This document shows, in pieces, positions 1 to 13,348 of a stretch of 64,000 bases of DNA (its first letter is position 1; the number at the start of each line of letters is the position of its first letter). Both the position numbers and the translations under genes were made by a program. The DNA is taken from positions 124,001 through 188,000 of the forward strand of contig JAVKOQ020000078.1 of NCBI GenBank assembly GCA_031835245.2, in the 5' to 3' direction. This stretch comes from Balamuthia mandrillaris. Lineage: Eukaryota. The notes under the pieces are model-generated. The model had not been told where the DNA came from and did not search any database. It worked only from the letters and a program-made list of their open reading frames with translations.

Positions 1-1155
1 ATGAGATGGTTCTAGCTTTCGTTTAAGAACAGAAAAAGCTTGCTCAAAGAGTGGCTTTGCTCTGTAAATATCTCCTTTCTTGTATGTCATCAGGAACGAA
101 GCGTAGTTGTTAAGCGTGAACCCGAGATCAGTATGCTCTTCTCCCAATGTCTCTTTGAAGATGTCGACCGCTTTGATATAACACTTTTCAGCACATTCCA
201 AGTAACGTGTAGCTTTATCTTGCGAAGTAGAAGATAACTCTTGATAGACTTGAGCGAGATTTTCTAGAGTGATAGCAAGAAAACTATGTTTTGCGCCGAG
301 GCTGTCAGCTTTGATTGCTAGCGCTTGTTTGAAGAGTTTCTTAGCTCTGACGAAGTCTCTCTTCTTTGCATATATTTGACCTAAGTTGTCTGTCCTCAAA
401 GAATAAGAGGAAATGACTTTCAAAATGATAAAAAATAACGAACATACCTAATGCAATGCCAACTTCGGAATGTTTTGACCCTTTTTCATCTCTTAAAATA
501 CGAAGAGTATTGTTGCAGATGGTCTCGCAACTATTCAAGTCACCAGATGCGAATAACAGCTTAAATCTCGCGTTTTGCGTCTTGGCAGTTTCCCAGTGTT
601 CACTTCCATAAACTTTTGTTTTGATGGCGAGCACATTTGAGTAAAGCTTTTCTGATTCTTTCAAGTCACCTGTTTAAAAAGGGCCATCAGTACCACATAC
701 TTAAAAAGCTAGGGGGAGATAAAGAACGAAAGCAAACAAAAAGGGGATAGGCATACACACCAAGCTTGTAGTGTATCTCCGCAAGAAGCTCGAGCGAGGA
801 AGCAATGGCAGGATCTCCCTCTGACAGTTTCTTCTTTTTAATCCGTAAGGACCTCTCGATACAGGTCTTACTTTGTACCAATTGGTCGTACTTGCTGTAC
901 AGATTCGCCATTCGTTCTAACAATCCACTCACCTCCATGTGTTGATTGCCGTAGGCTTTTTGCAACAAAACGAGTGCTCTCTAAAAATGGGGCATTGAAG
1001 AATGAGAGTCGAGAAGAACAGAGAGAAAAAAACATGAAGGTGTACCAAGAACACTCGTTCAGCTTTTTTGGGTTTACCAGCATTTGCATACAAGTCAGCA
1101 AGATTTGCTAGCGTAAATGCCACCTTTGTGAAGCAAGAACAAAAGGTTAGTAATT

Positions 1156-1200
<45 letters not shown>

Positions 1201-2787
1201 AAATAACACAAACCTGAGGATGAGCATTGCCTAATTGCTTCTCCTTTATCCGTAGTTCGTCCCTATAAAACTCCTCTGCCTCTGCAAAGTTACCCTCCGC
1301 AAATAGCGTTTCTGCAAATGGTATGAATGTGATAAACTTGCTGGTAAAGCCGATCTAATTTTGAGAAGAGGAAGATTAGAATGGATAGTACAGCAACTCG
1401 CTAAGAAGACCATTGAGTACAAACCTGATGCAGATCGTTCAACTCAATAGGATACATTTGTTGAAACATCGCAGCGTGTTTATCTTCCATTGCAGAAAGT
1501 CGTTCAGGCTTCAACTCGATTCCACATAAAGCCAACACAAGCTTCAACAAGCACACTTTCGACTCTGTGTCTTCTTTCTCCGGTTCTGATCTAGTTTTGT
1601 TTGCTGTTGTTGCCGGGCAGAACAAACGTTTTCTAAGACCTGGACGAACGTTCCACTCTCCGTTTTCCTGCATTACTGGTTGCATGAGGTTCAAATGATC
1701 CTTTTCGCAAAATACGAATCGTTTGCCAATCATCTTCCGAAGAGCGACGTCCCAAAAGGAATCTACATCCTGCGAAGCTCTACCTAGAAGCAAATTGAGA
1801 TGATCGATGACTAACGGTTGTAGTTGTGTTGACTTTTGCTTGTTCTGTTCTCCTGCGCTCTTAGCGTCGTTTGTAGAACCTGTCCAAGGAATTCCATTAG
1901 ATCCTAGAGAGAGAGAGAGAGAGAGAGAGAGTTACCAGAAGTTTGTTCTCTCATTTTCTCGTTGAGGATGGCACGAAAAGATCTTGCCACCATTTCAATC
2001 CATATTCTCTTCTCCATCATGTTGCCTATATCAGCCGAAGTAACTTGCTCCATGGAGCCCTTCTGAGACTGTGAAAGGAAGAAGAGCACAACACCACAAT
2101 ACCGCATGTTGATTCCCTTCTCATGAAAGGCATGCTTCAGAGACTTGATCTCTCCAGTAACGTTATTAAGCATGTTCTCTTTCTCACCTCCCATTGCCAT
2201 AAAACTTTTCACAAACTCTGGGATCTGCTCTTCTAGCAGACGACTGGTAGCCGCGATCACTTCTTTGTTGTTTTGTTGCTTGTTGTGACGACCCCACAAG
2301 GTGAACACATCCGAGGAGAGTGGTGTCGGGTTTCGCTTCACGTACTCTGGACGAAGCAGCCTAAACAAGTGGCAGCCCCTCACTTTGATATTTGGTGTTA
2401 CTGGAGGAAATAAACGGGCGGTATCTGCACAGTAATATCTGTTCGTCATTGTTAAGAGATGAGAGACATGAGAGAGATGAGGGAGAGAGAAGGAGAAATT
2501 CAACAAACCTTCCATCTTCTCCTAAATGCCCCTCGATGTCAACCGGGCCGTAAATGAGTTTGAGCAAATTAGTTTTGCGTTCTTCCACAAAGTGGCCTTT
2601 AAGATTGAGAGCAGCAGCAGCACGTTTCATCATGCGGGCTAACTCTTTTTCTTCCGTGTGAATGGTTTGACCTGCATCTGATGAACCATAGCGCAATGTA
2701 TGGCCTCCAATTGGCAATTTTGACATTACTATACATCTTTTGTTTTGAAGCGTTGCTATGTATTAGAAACAAACAACGAAAAAAGAG

Positions 2788-2822
<35 letters not shown>

Positions 2823-3863
2823 GGAGGGAGAGAACGACAAACATAATGAGAGAGAACGACGACAGACAAATTGTCAAATAACAAAAACCAACCTGTGACC
2901 ACGATAATTGATAAGAACCATGAGAGGAAAGTGTAAGTTGGGCACATTGCATGATATCAACGAGTTCAAAGACTTGAGCTCATGGCCAGCCGCCTTCTGC
3001 GCAAAGTCATCGCTGCCATAGAGATGGTACTGAGCGTCGTCCTTGGCAAACTTGATGAACAGCTGCTTGGTGATGAACTTGTCTCCTCCGGCGATGCCAC
3101 CCACGTCCACTGGGGCGATGGTCTTCCTGTGGGCCTCCAGGCAGAGCTCCTCCACAATACGTTGCACCACCGGCTTAGCCGACTCCACAAACTCAGCTAC
3201 CAGAGCCTCGATGTCCTTTCGTCTTTGGCGGGCCTCCTCCGGGGTGGTCGTCGGTCGTTCCAACAACACTTGAAAGCGTTCGTTCCAGGCGCTAGACAGC
3301 ACGACGGCAGCATTTTGTTGTTGTTGCTTCTTGTTTCTCCTCGTGTGGTTGATGTTCTTGTCGTGGTCATCGACATCGTCTTCGCTGCTGGTATAGTCCT
3401 CTAGTATCCTGTGAAGAACAGCTTCCTCATTTTCTTTGTCGCTTGTTTCGTCGTCCTCGCTATCAACACCATACTCGAATTGAACCGTCTCGTAGCTCGT
3501 CTGCCCATCCTCGTACGGGGTGGTGGTTGTTAAGGAACGATGGGAGAACGACACCTCTTCATAGGTCGTCTCTGCACCCTCATACTCTGACCTGTTTTCA
3601 TTGTGTAGGCTCTTCTTGTTGGCCTTGGGCAAGTCGTGGCAGTAATAGTAGTAGCTGCTAAAGTTGGAGAGTTTTTGTGTGGTGACCGTTGCAGCAACAG
3701 AAGAAGAAGACCCGCCCGCACCCGAATGAGGTAGTTGGTGATAGCCGTAGCCTTCCTCTACCTCGTAGTTCAGCCCGGCGTAGACCCCCACCAACCTACC
3801 GCTACTGCTTTCTTCATCCTCTTCGTGTTGTTTGTAATGGTGGTGACCACTCGTCCTCAACAT
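1..3863 (-). CDS. Clu-domain + TPR (kinesin-light-chain-like) repeat protein, multi-exon, 3' end runs off the window
   Basis: Clu-type motifs GGIAGGDKF, KAAGHELKSL, LHFPLMVLINYRGHRL, YGSSDAG, GPVDIEGHLGEDGR, DTARLFPP, RLLRPEYV and HEKGINMRY. Later exons carry TPR-like repeats (YGSEHWETAKT, HSEVGIAL, DPAIASSLELLAEIHY). ATG at 3863. Confidence 0.85.
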
Positions 3864-4135
3864 TCTTTTTTGTTTTTGGATACGTCCTTGTTGTTTTTTT
3901 TTTTGTTGTTGTTGTTGGTCCAGTTCAAGAATCGTTTATTTTTGTCAGTTCACCCGACTCATCGTGGTCGCCACAGCGCCTCTTCCCTCTTGCTGTCTCT
4001 CCTTTCTTCTCTCCTTTTTTTTTTGATTTCATTTATGTGCAGAGATCATTCGTCGACATTAACCGATCGATCTGTTTTTTTGAAAAATGGTTGGTAGGTA
4101 ATCCGATCTGATTGATATTTAACCCGATGATTGTC

Positions 4136-4810
4136 ATGGCAACCAAGCTTGGAAGGAAAAGGGTAGCGCGGCAACCAGCTAGAAGCGAGAACAAAAGAGG
4201 AAGAAGAACAAAGAGGACACTCCGCTCTGGCAAATGTGGGTCGTGTCCTTGTTGTGGTTTGCGGTGGTTCTGTCGTTGGTGTACGCCTTTCTTCAACCCG
4301 AACAAGCCCAGCGCCAATTGCTCGCGATTCAAAGTGAGTGAGTCTTTTTTTGTGTGTGTTTCCCATTTTTTTTCATTAACTCCTTTTTTTTTTGTGGTGT
4401 GCTTCGTTAGGCCTCTTGGTTGGCGCCCCACCAAACAGAGCTTCCGCTTCTTCTTCTTCAAGTGGTGGTGAAGATGAAGCAACGGTGGTAGCTGAGAATA
4501 CCGGTAAGGAAGAAGAACTCAGGAAAAGAAGACGAAAAACATCCTCACCGTTAGCTGCCAAAGCAACAAACAACACGAATATGAGCACCGCTTCTACAAC
4601 GACCACCACCACTCTTACAAAAGAGTGCGCCGATGAGGCGAAGAATAAAGAAAAGGAGGCAGAGCCCGTCAGTAAGCAACAGAAGGAAGGACCAAAAACG
4701 GCTATTCCAACCTCCCGCTTGGACGGTTCGTCCCATTTTTAAAACTCTGATCTTCCGTCTCTCTCCTCTCTTTTCTCCCTTCTTTTTCAAACTCGTTCTA
4801 TTTTCACATT

Positions 4811-4853
<43 letters not shown>

Positions 4854-6031
4854 CTCCTTCTTTGTCTCCTTCTCGTTTGGTGGAGGAACTTAACCCAACA
4901 AACATGTAGCTCAAATGCAAAAGGCGATGGCAAGGTTGGAAGTTGAACGCAACAGACTAAAAGATAAGAAGACAGTAGGCGACTCTAAAAAAGAGCAGCA
5001 GGAAAAAGCGGAGAAGAAAAAGCAAAAGGACGAAGCATCCACCGTAAAACTTCAAACGAATAAACGGCCTGAATCAACTGTGAAGGAAGAACAGAGTCGG
5101 CAAAACAATGAAGAGGACAAAAAGACAGCCAAAGACGATGAAACGGTGATAGCATTGAACGATAGTAATGATGGTGAAAAGCAGGAAGACGTCGCAGTAC
5201 AGGCGACCAAAGAAGAAGCCCAGTCTGAAAAACGTGCAACAATTGAAGCACAACAAGCTAAGGAAAAAGCGGAACTACCATCTGACGGGACAGTCGACAC
5301 ACCCGTTGAAGAGACAATACAACAGGCAAACTCCTCCAGCGAGTCTCATCGATCGATGACATGGGTCCAAGCAAAGAAAAGTTGTGACGAAGAACCGAAA
5401 GAAGAGCAAGCAGTGAACACAAAGCAACAGAACAGGAAGGCAACTCAGTTCTTTTTGGCATCTAGAACGAAGCAAGATATGGAAGGAATGAAAGCGGAAG
5501 ACGAAGAAAACGAAGAAGAAAAGGTAATCGACGAGGAATTCAACAAAGGAAACGAGCAAGAAGAAAAGCGGTACCAGGCGAGAAAAGATAAACTGCAAAA
5601 GATATTTGGTGAACAAATAGACATTAAGGAATCCTTGCCGAGTATAAAAGCGGAGAAAACGCAAGCACCTAAAGTCGATGCAGAGGAAGAAAGAAAAGCG
5701 GAAGAGAAGCGGCAACAAGCAAGTAAAGAAAAATTGCAAAAGATCCTGGGCACACAATTTGACGGAAATAACGATCTTGCCACCTCTTCTTCCTCACAGG
5801 ATGCTTCCTCGCCATTGTCGTCCTCGTCTGAAGGAACAAAGTCAAAACCCGCTTGGAAAAAGTCATTACGAACAAACCCAAGACGGTTCACGCTGACTGG
5901 TTCGCCCAAACTTCAACGTAAGAGGACTATTTTGGTGGAGTCCACTGGGGCACCTACTGTCAACGTTAAGGTCATTTCAGAAGCAAATAACAGCAACAAC
6001 GAAGAACAAAATGACAGTACGATCTTCTTTG

Positions 6032-6064
<33 letters not shown>

Positions 6065-7793
6065 ACATGTTGTGTTTCTTATGATAGGTACAGAGGCGGA
6101 GGGATCATCAACAACAAGCGTAATGCCGGAGCGAAAGCGGCGGCATAGTATTGGTGGGAACGCAGACTTCCCAACTATCCCGACAATGCAAAGCAAACCA
6201 AGAGATTATATGTTCAAAGACTCTAAGAAAGAGGGTCTCATATTGAAGAAGGGCACGCTCAAATGGAACAAAAGTTGGTTGGTGTTGCGTGGAGGCATTC
6301 TTACTCTTTACAAATCCAACAAAAAGGTTGTTATTGATGTCTCGTTTTGTATGTTTAAGTATTTGTTTGCGAGTTTGTTGTTTGTTGTATTTTTTAAGTC
6401 GTTTGTAGGCCTAATGTTACTTGTTGAATGTTTTTCGCATTACAGAAAGTGCAAAAGGCGTTATCAACAATGGTTGCTTCTGCTTCAGGAGTTGGAAACA
6501 TCTCGGATAAACCTTTCTGCTTTCTTGTGCATTCTACTCAAGAAGTCCTCAAATTCAGGTGAGCCTTTGCTTTATTTATTTTTTTTCTGCTTGAGATTTT
6601 CTTGCTTTTGCTGAGTTCTAACCTCTCTCGCTTTTGGACAGTGCTCCTTCTCAACAAGATAAAGATGAATGGATACAATTGATAAACCAAGAAAAAGATG
6701 CGGTGATGAGCAAAATACTTCATGGACCGGCTACTCGGGATACGACCAGCGGCAGCATGGAACTATCAGAGAGTACGTCCATGCTTTTGGAAATCATCTC
6801 TGCTGAGCCAGATAATTCCGTGTGTGCTGATTGTGGAGATCCAGGTCTGCTCTTCTTTCTTATTCTTCTCGCTTCATCTTCATCTTGACATTGTTGGTAT
6901 GTGTTTTATTGTTGCACTTCAAACAGAAGTGGCATGGGCATCGCACAACTTGGGAGTGTTTTTGTGCATTCAATGCTGTGGTGTACATAGAGGAATGGGC
7001 GTTCGTATCTCCAAAATGAAGTCTATTTATCTGGATCAATGGAAACCTGAGGAAATAGAAGTATGTTACTACATTCCTTTTCTTATGCCCTTTTGCATTA
7101 TCCTTACTTTATTATCCTGCTTTTGTAGTTTATGCGGAGTATGGGTAATAAAAAAGCAAACGAATTTTGGGAACGGAACTTACTATTACAAACATCTATT
7201 ATGAAACCCACACCAACGTCATCTCAGTACGACTTCTCTCCTCTCTCCTCTCTGCTCTCTCCTCTCTGCTCTCTCCTCTCTCCTCTCTGCTCTCTCCTCT
7301 CTCCTCTCTCCTCTCTCCTCTCTCCTCTCTCTCTCTGCTCTCTGCTCTGCTCTCTGCCTCTGCCCTCTGCTCTCTGCTCTTGCTCTCTGCCTCTCCTCTC
7401 CTCTCTCTCCTCTCTCCTCTCTCCTCTCTCTCCTCCTCTCTCCTCTCTCCCTCTCTCCTCTCTCTCCTCTCCTCCTCTCTCTCCTTCCCTCTCCTCTTCT
7501 CTCCTCTCTCTCTCTCCTCTCTCCTCTCCTCCTCTCTCTCCTCTCTCCTCTCTCCCTCTCTCTCCCTCTCCTCCTCTCTCCTCTCTCCCTCTCTCCTCCT
7601 CTCCTTCTCCTCTCTCCTCTCTCCTCTCTCCTCTCTCCTCCTCCTCCACCACTACCTTTCACTAACAAAATTGCCAACATCACAGAGAGGTAAAAGAGGC
7701 CTACATTCTTAAAAAGTACAAAGACCAGGCCTTTGTTTCTTCCACCGGCACCGACTCCGTCCAGGCCGTGGCTTCTCTGAACCAAACGGCTTG
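4136..7793 (+). CDS. PH + ArfGAP domain protein with long acidic low-complexity N-terminus (start approximate)
   Basis: PH motif KEGLILKKG...WNKSWLVLRGGILTLYK. ArfGAP zinc finger CADC...WASHNLGVFLCIQCCGVHR...KMKSIYLDQW...GNKKANEFWE. GT-AG introns. Confidence 0.88.
7233..7647. repeat. About 410-bp intronic polypyrimidine CT/CCT microsatellite
   Basis: Almost pure C/T run inside intron 7227-7685 of the ArfGAP gene. Confidence 0.95.
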
Positions 7794-7960
7794 AGCTTCT
7801 TCTTCCTTCTGAAAAAGAGAAATGTACAATTTGGAATGTTAGTTATTTAATGAATGATTGGAACGTGAATTCCAATCATATTTTTACTTTATTTAGTTTT
7901 TGTTATGTTTGGAATGTTATTGGAGTGAAACGATAAAAAGAAAAGCGAAGAGAAAGGGAG

Positions 7961-8539
7961 ATGGCGACCGTCACCGGCAAGAACGCCCTGCTCCTGTGGT
8001 AAGGGAACCACGCTTGACGTCATTTCAAGAAAGTTGAACAACGACTTATTATTTTAAAAAAAGGTGCCAACGTTGTACAAGAGGCTACCGGGACGTCAAT
8101 GTCGTCAACTTTACACGCAGTTGGGGTATGTGTGGCTTCTCATTCTGATCATATCTTTCAACCAGCGTTTGTCTCATGGGTCATTGTGGGTTTATGAACG
8201 TTGCTAAAATAAAAAAAAGAGGATGGCATGGCCTTTTGTGCGATCATCCATCGACACCACCCGCAAGCCTTAAATTTTGAACAGCTGCGAAAAGGTTCTT
8301 CTTTCTTTTCGTCTTCTTGTCTTGTTCTTCTTCTTCTTCTTCGTTCTTGTTCTTCTTCTTCTCTCTATTTGTTTAAATGAATACTCATTCCATTATGGCA
8401 GATGAGAAAGAAAAAAATTTAGAGCTAGCATTTTCAGTTGCTAAAGACTTAGGCGTCCCTCGACTTTTGGATGTTGATGATATGCTCATACCTGGTGGCC
8501 CTGAAAAGTTCTCTGTCATGACTTACCTAAGGTTCTCTC

Positions 8540-8589
<50 letters not shown>

Positions 8590-11224
8590 CTTCTTCTTCT
8601 TCTTCTTCTTCTTCTTCTTCTTCTTCTTCTTCTTCTTCTTCTTCTTCTTCTTCTTCTTCTTGTAGCCTTACTTGGAAAATATAGTCAATATTATCATCGA
8701 TTCTCAGGCAAGTCAGGTGCCGGCATTGCTTCCATTACTGCTCGTGCCAGTATTATACTTTCAAACACAGCAATGGCAGTGTTGTCCAACTCATCCCCTT
8801 CTCCCCCTTCTGCTGCTGCAGCAGTGCCATCCGCTTCAGTTCAGGTGCAACAACCTTCCTCTGAAACAGCACATCCCCCCATGCAACAACGTGCGAGCCT
8901 TTCTTTCTCTGTTTCTTTATCGTTTTCTTTCTTCTCTGTTTCTTTATTTTGCTTTGTTGTTGCTGTCTCTTCATAATTGTTTCTTTTAAGGCTCCCGTCT
9001 CATCTGTGCTATTGATTGATAAGAGTTTGCAGACAATCAAGCACAGGCATGCTCTTCTTCCACGTCAGCTTTTGCAATGGAAAAGGAGAGAAAGCGACTA
9101 GCAAGGCGCCAAGAAATGCAGCGCCGCATCCAACAGCACCAAGCCAACCTAGAAAAGGCTCGTCAAAAGCTTCTACAAGACCGCCAGTCTCGTCAAATAC
9201 CCTCCTCTTCCTCTTCTGCCCCTCCTTTGCGTCCTCGAAATCGCAACATAACATCAGCCACATCCTCTTCCTCATCGGAAGATTCTACAGCATCACAAAA
9301 AGCAATAAGAAGTCATTCTACCGCGTCTGTCGTTACTACCAACGACATTTCATCATCAGCAACGACACCACTTCAACATCCTCATCGCATTACTAATACT
9401 GCTGTTCATGTCAACATCAACAGGAAAGAAACCACGTCTAGCACGGTTGCGCCATCGAAACCTGCTCGAACAACATTCACTGAACCAAAGAGCACAATTA
9501 CAACAACGCTGACAAAAACCAATTCATCTATTGTCACTTCTGCCACCACTTCACACCCAAGCATTGACAACAGACCAGGGGGCAGCATTCGGGAACGAAT
9601 CAATGCGTACCAATCTTCTGTGGCACAAAGCTCTGGTCCTGCGCCTGCGTTCACTGTTGTGCCTTCTGCTGCTTCTTCTTCCGCCATTTATTCTAGACCC
9701 GCTGTTTCTCCTCCTTCATCAGGTTCATCTTCGGCCATTATTACAGGCACCCGGTATACTCCTGCTGTGACGTCACCACAACCAGCAACATCTGTATCTT
9801 CTTCGCCTGCCGTACAAAGCTCAACAGTTGAGCCAACGACCACAACTACATCTAATACCGACACAGGTACAGGGAACAATGCTTCAGCAGTCCCTCTGCG
9901 TCCGGACCCTGAAACACGGTTGGCTCCAACTCCACCATCACAATTATCTGCTCCCTCAGTACCTACACAGACACCCGCTCTGCCTTCCACCCATCCAGTA
10001 AAATCGGAAAACTACAGCAACGATGTACCCAAGGTCAGTTTTTTGTTTCGTAGTTTCTGGTTCGTTATTTGGTTTCTTGTCTCACTTGAAAAAACAGGTA
10101 CATTTACAGGGCTGGTTGCTAAAAAAGGGAGACGTAGGAGCTGTTAAAACATGGAAGAAGCGATGGTTCTGCCTACGCAAACAACGACTCTTTTACTACA
10201 AAGAAAAGCAAGGAGGTAGTGAAATAAACAAGGATGAAGAAGCCATGAAGGATGGAGACGCTGCAATTACCGACGCTAGAAAGACTATCGACGTTGCTGA
10301 GGAAGGAAGAAAGAAATCTTCCATAAGGTATGGCATGAGCCAAATACGTCAGAGCCTGACTGGCGTCATCTTGGAGCGCAATGAGGATAATAACAGTGCT
10401 GCAGCTGCGAAGACCTCCGACCCTACTGGTTTTACACTTTTCTTCCCTGCTCTCTCTACGCTTTGCCCTTTCCTCTTCTCTCTTCGCGCTTTTTTCTCTT
10501 CTTAGCGATGTTAACAATGAAATGCAATTCAAAAGGTTTCATATCCTTGGTAGATGTGGAGTCAGTGGAAAAAATGGGAGGCACAGGCTTTCGAATCAAC
10601 ACGGTAGAGCGGATATATTACCTGCATGCCTCCTCCCAAGAGCTTCAACAGTATTGGGTGGAGGGGCTACAACATGTGGTTAGCTCCATCAAAGAGGCCG
10701 CCATGCAGGATGCGGATCAACCGCTCTTGCTTGGGTCTGGAATTACTGTTCGTGACGTGATGGTATTGCATCACCTTCCATGTTCTATGTTTTTCAGTGC
10801 GATGAAACTAACAAACTGATAACATGCCAAACAGAAAAAGGAAGGTTATTTGATGCGACAGGGTATGTTTGGCTGGAAGAAGCAATGGTTCGTGTTGAAG
10901 GATGGCGTTCTCTTCATATCCAAGTCCAAAGTACGCCCCTTTTTTTAAAAAACCGAATGTTCTTCTTTCTTTTTAGTGCTGACCAAACCATCAACAACAA
11001 AATAGAATTCCGGTCATCCAGAAAAGATTCCTTTGTACCATTGCGAACTGGTGGACTACCCTGACAAGTCGCATGCCTTCCAAATAACCTACGCCAAACC
11101 TCGTAACTGCAAGCTCCTCATTCAAGCCGAAAACGAGATAGAGATGCAGGAGTGGTGCAACGCTATCTTGAAGCAGCAGCTCGTCATCGAGCTCGCCATT
11201 GACTCTATCGACGTTGCGGATTGA
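7961..11224 (+). CDS. Calponin-homology (type 2, MICAL/EHBP1-like) + two PH domain protein
   Basis: Spliced N-terminus reads KNALLLWCQ...YRDVNVVNFTRSW.DGMAFCAIIH...NLELAFSVAKDLGVPRLLD...SVMTYLSQYY. A Ser/Thr-rich linker follows, then PH motifs GWLLKKG..VKTWKKRWFCL and EGYLMRQG...WKKQWFVL. Confidence 0.88.
8541..8660. repeat. Compound (GTT)n(CTT)n trinucleotide microsatellite in an intron
   Basis: Directly visible inside intron 8532-8684. Confidence 0.95.
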
Positions 11225-11265
11225 AGAAAAATTTAACAAAAAAAAAACGAGAGAATGCGTCTTCA

Positions 11266-11304
11266 TGTCGACATTGAAAGAACTTCTGTTCATCTGTGTC
11301 GACA
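11266..11304. promoter_or_regulatory. Tandem TGTCGACA palindromes upstream of sideroflexin (example of a window-wide promoter motif)
   Basis: TGTCGACA at 11266 and 11297, 105-145 bp before the ATG. The same motif recurs in most upstream intergenic regions. Confidence 0.65.
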
Positions 11305-11408
11305 TGATAAATTAAGGCGAAATGACCCACCTTAAACCAAAAGGAAAAAAGAAAAACAGGACAGAGAGAAAAGAGAGACGAGACGGACCAGCGCACCCCA
11401 TACAAAGC

Positions 11409-13117
11409 ATGGCAACCTCTTCAGCAGCCAACCCGGCCAGAGTTGATTTGAGTTTGTTTTTTTTTTTCCCCTCCTTTTTTTTGTTTTATTTTTTTTTCCC
11501 TAACCCTGAGCTCCTTTTTTTTTAAAAAAAAATTGTTGTAATCAGGTGTTCCGAGATATGATCAAGCCACGTTTTGGGGCCGGTTTCGGCATTTTTTGGA
11601 CGTGACAGACCCGCTGTAACGCTCCTTCCTCCACTCTTCTATTGTTAGATTGACTAGTACTGTAGTCTTACATTCCTTTCTTTTTTTTTGGGGTCTGAAA
11701 CACGTTAGAACTCTCCTTACTACCCAACAACAATTGGAAGGTGCTCTCACCGTTTTGCGCCGCTACGAAAACAGAGAACAAGACTATCCTCTCGAAGAGC
11801 TCTACAAGGCCAAGAAAAGTATACAAATCTCTCCTCTCTTCTTTCACTTCTTCCATGTGCGTGTAACTAACCGTTTTTTCTTGGCCAGTTCGAGATGCTG
11901 TAATCCATCCCGACACTGGCGAAAAGATCTTTGCGCCGTTTCGTATGTCTAGCTTTCTTCCTGTCAACATTGCCATAGTGTTAGGCTTGACTGTTCCCAA
12001 CCCTGGCGTACTTATTTCCCGCTAGTGTTTTGCTCGCTTTCTTTTCTTTTTTGCTTTGCTTTTTGTTCTTTTTTCTTTTTTGCTGTTTCAACTCACTTCG
12101 GATTCTCTTCTTTCGCTCAAACAAGATGGGAACTACTTTATTCTGGCAATGGTTCAATCAGTCGTACAACGTGGCGCTGAACCACGCCAATCGTAATGCC
12201 TCCAACGAGATGTCTAACTCTCAAATCATGAGTATGCTTTCTCTTCTTTTGTTTGCTTTTTATTATCTTTCCTCTAGCTTCTTACCTATGTTCTATTTCT
12301 GCTGTTAAATTACTGTGAACAGAAGCTTACGCAGGAGCGGTTGGTCTTTCCTGTTCATTGGCTGTTGGATTGAACGAGGTGGTGAAGCGCGCCACAGCTT
12401 TCACACCGGCTGTGAGAACTGCCATTCAGAACGTACACTGCATGCCTTCTCTTTCTATTCTCTCTCATCACTCATAACAAGAATTCAATTTCATGTCTTC
12501 TAGATGGTTCCTTTCACCGCCGTGGCAGCAGCTGGTGTTTTGAACGTGTTCATGATGCGAGGCAACGAAATGAAGTAACCTCTTTCTTCTTTCTTTCTTT
12601 CTTTCTTGTCGTTTCTTTCTTTCTTTCTTTCTTTCCCGTTCTCTCTCATCATCTTTATATTAACAAACCACATTGTAAAAGGGAAGGAATAGATGTAAAA
12701 GATGCTGAAGGCAACATTTATGGCAGATCCCAAAAAGCAGGGTACCTGGGCCTTGTCAAAACCTCCATCTCAAGAGTGGCCACATCGTTCGTGGTGTTGA
12801 CCATTCCACCCATGTGCATGACCGCCCTGCAACGAACTTCACTCTTCACAAAGAATCCTCGTCTCAAGCATCCTGTTCATCTAGGTAAGTTCTTATCTTC
12901 TTTTTTCTTGAGCTCTTTTCTGTTGCTTCATGATTCACTCTCTTGTTTATTTGTAGGCATCATCTCAGCAACGTTATGGTTGGGTCTTCCAGCTGCCATT
13001 GCCCTCTTCCCTCAAACCTCAGCCGTGCATGTGTCCAGCCTGGAGCCCAAGTACCAAAATCTGAGGGACAGGCACGGCAATCCTATTACCACCCTCTACT
13101 ACAACAAGGGCCTATAA
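11409..13117 (+). CDS. Sideroflexin (mitochondrial carrier, SFXN/Fsf1 family)
   Basis: RYDQATFWGRFRHF, HPDTGEKIFAPFRMS, FWQWFNQSYNVALNHANRNAS, C-terminal YYNKGL. Exons join in frame through GT-AG introns. Confidence 0.95.
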
Positions 13118-13348
13118 ATACTTGGACAGCAACAACACTCCCGTTGCTCTCTTTATGACTCCTCTCTCTCTCTCTTTCTCTCTCTCTCCCTCCTTTCGTT
13201 GTCTTTTGATGTCGACAAAATACATTCGGCAATTTATCCAAAATTGGATAGCGTCGACGATTAGTGGGAAAGAGAGCAGGCAGGCGGCCGGAGGAGTGTG
13301 TGCTGAAGGTAAAGTGTGACGAAGAAGAAGTTGGCGGTGGTGCCTGAA

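Noticed and set aside
7132..7785. ORFs encoding long L/S/P or E/R/G repeats
   Set aside because: They are translations of the intronic CT microsatellite.
10541..10548. ATATCCTT, resembling a U12 5' splice site
   Set aside because: Lies in coding sequence (GFISLVD of the PH domain). The introns I checked are explained as standard GT-AG.
11498..11508. CCCTAACCCT, resembling a telomeric repeat or telomerase template
   Set aside because: Only about 1.5 units, inside an intron at a branch-point-like position.
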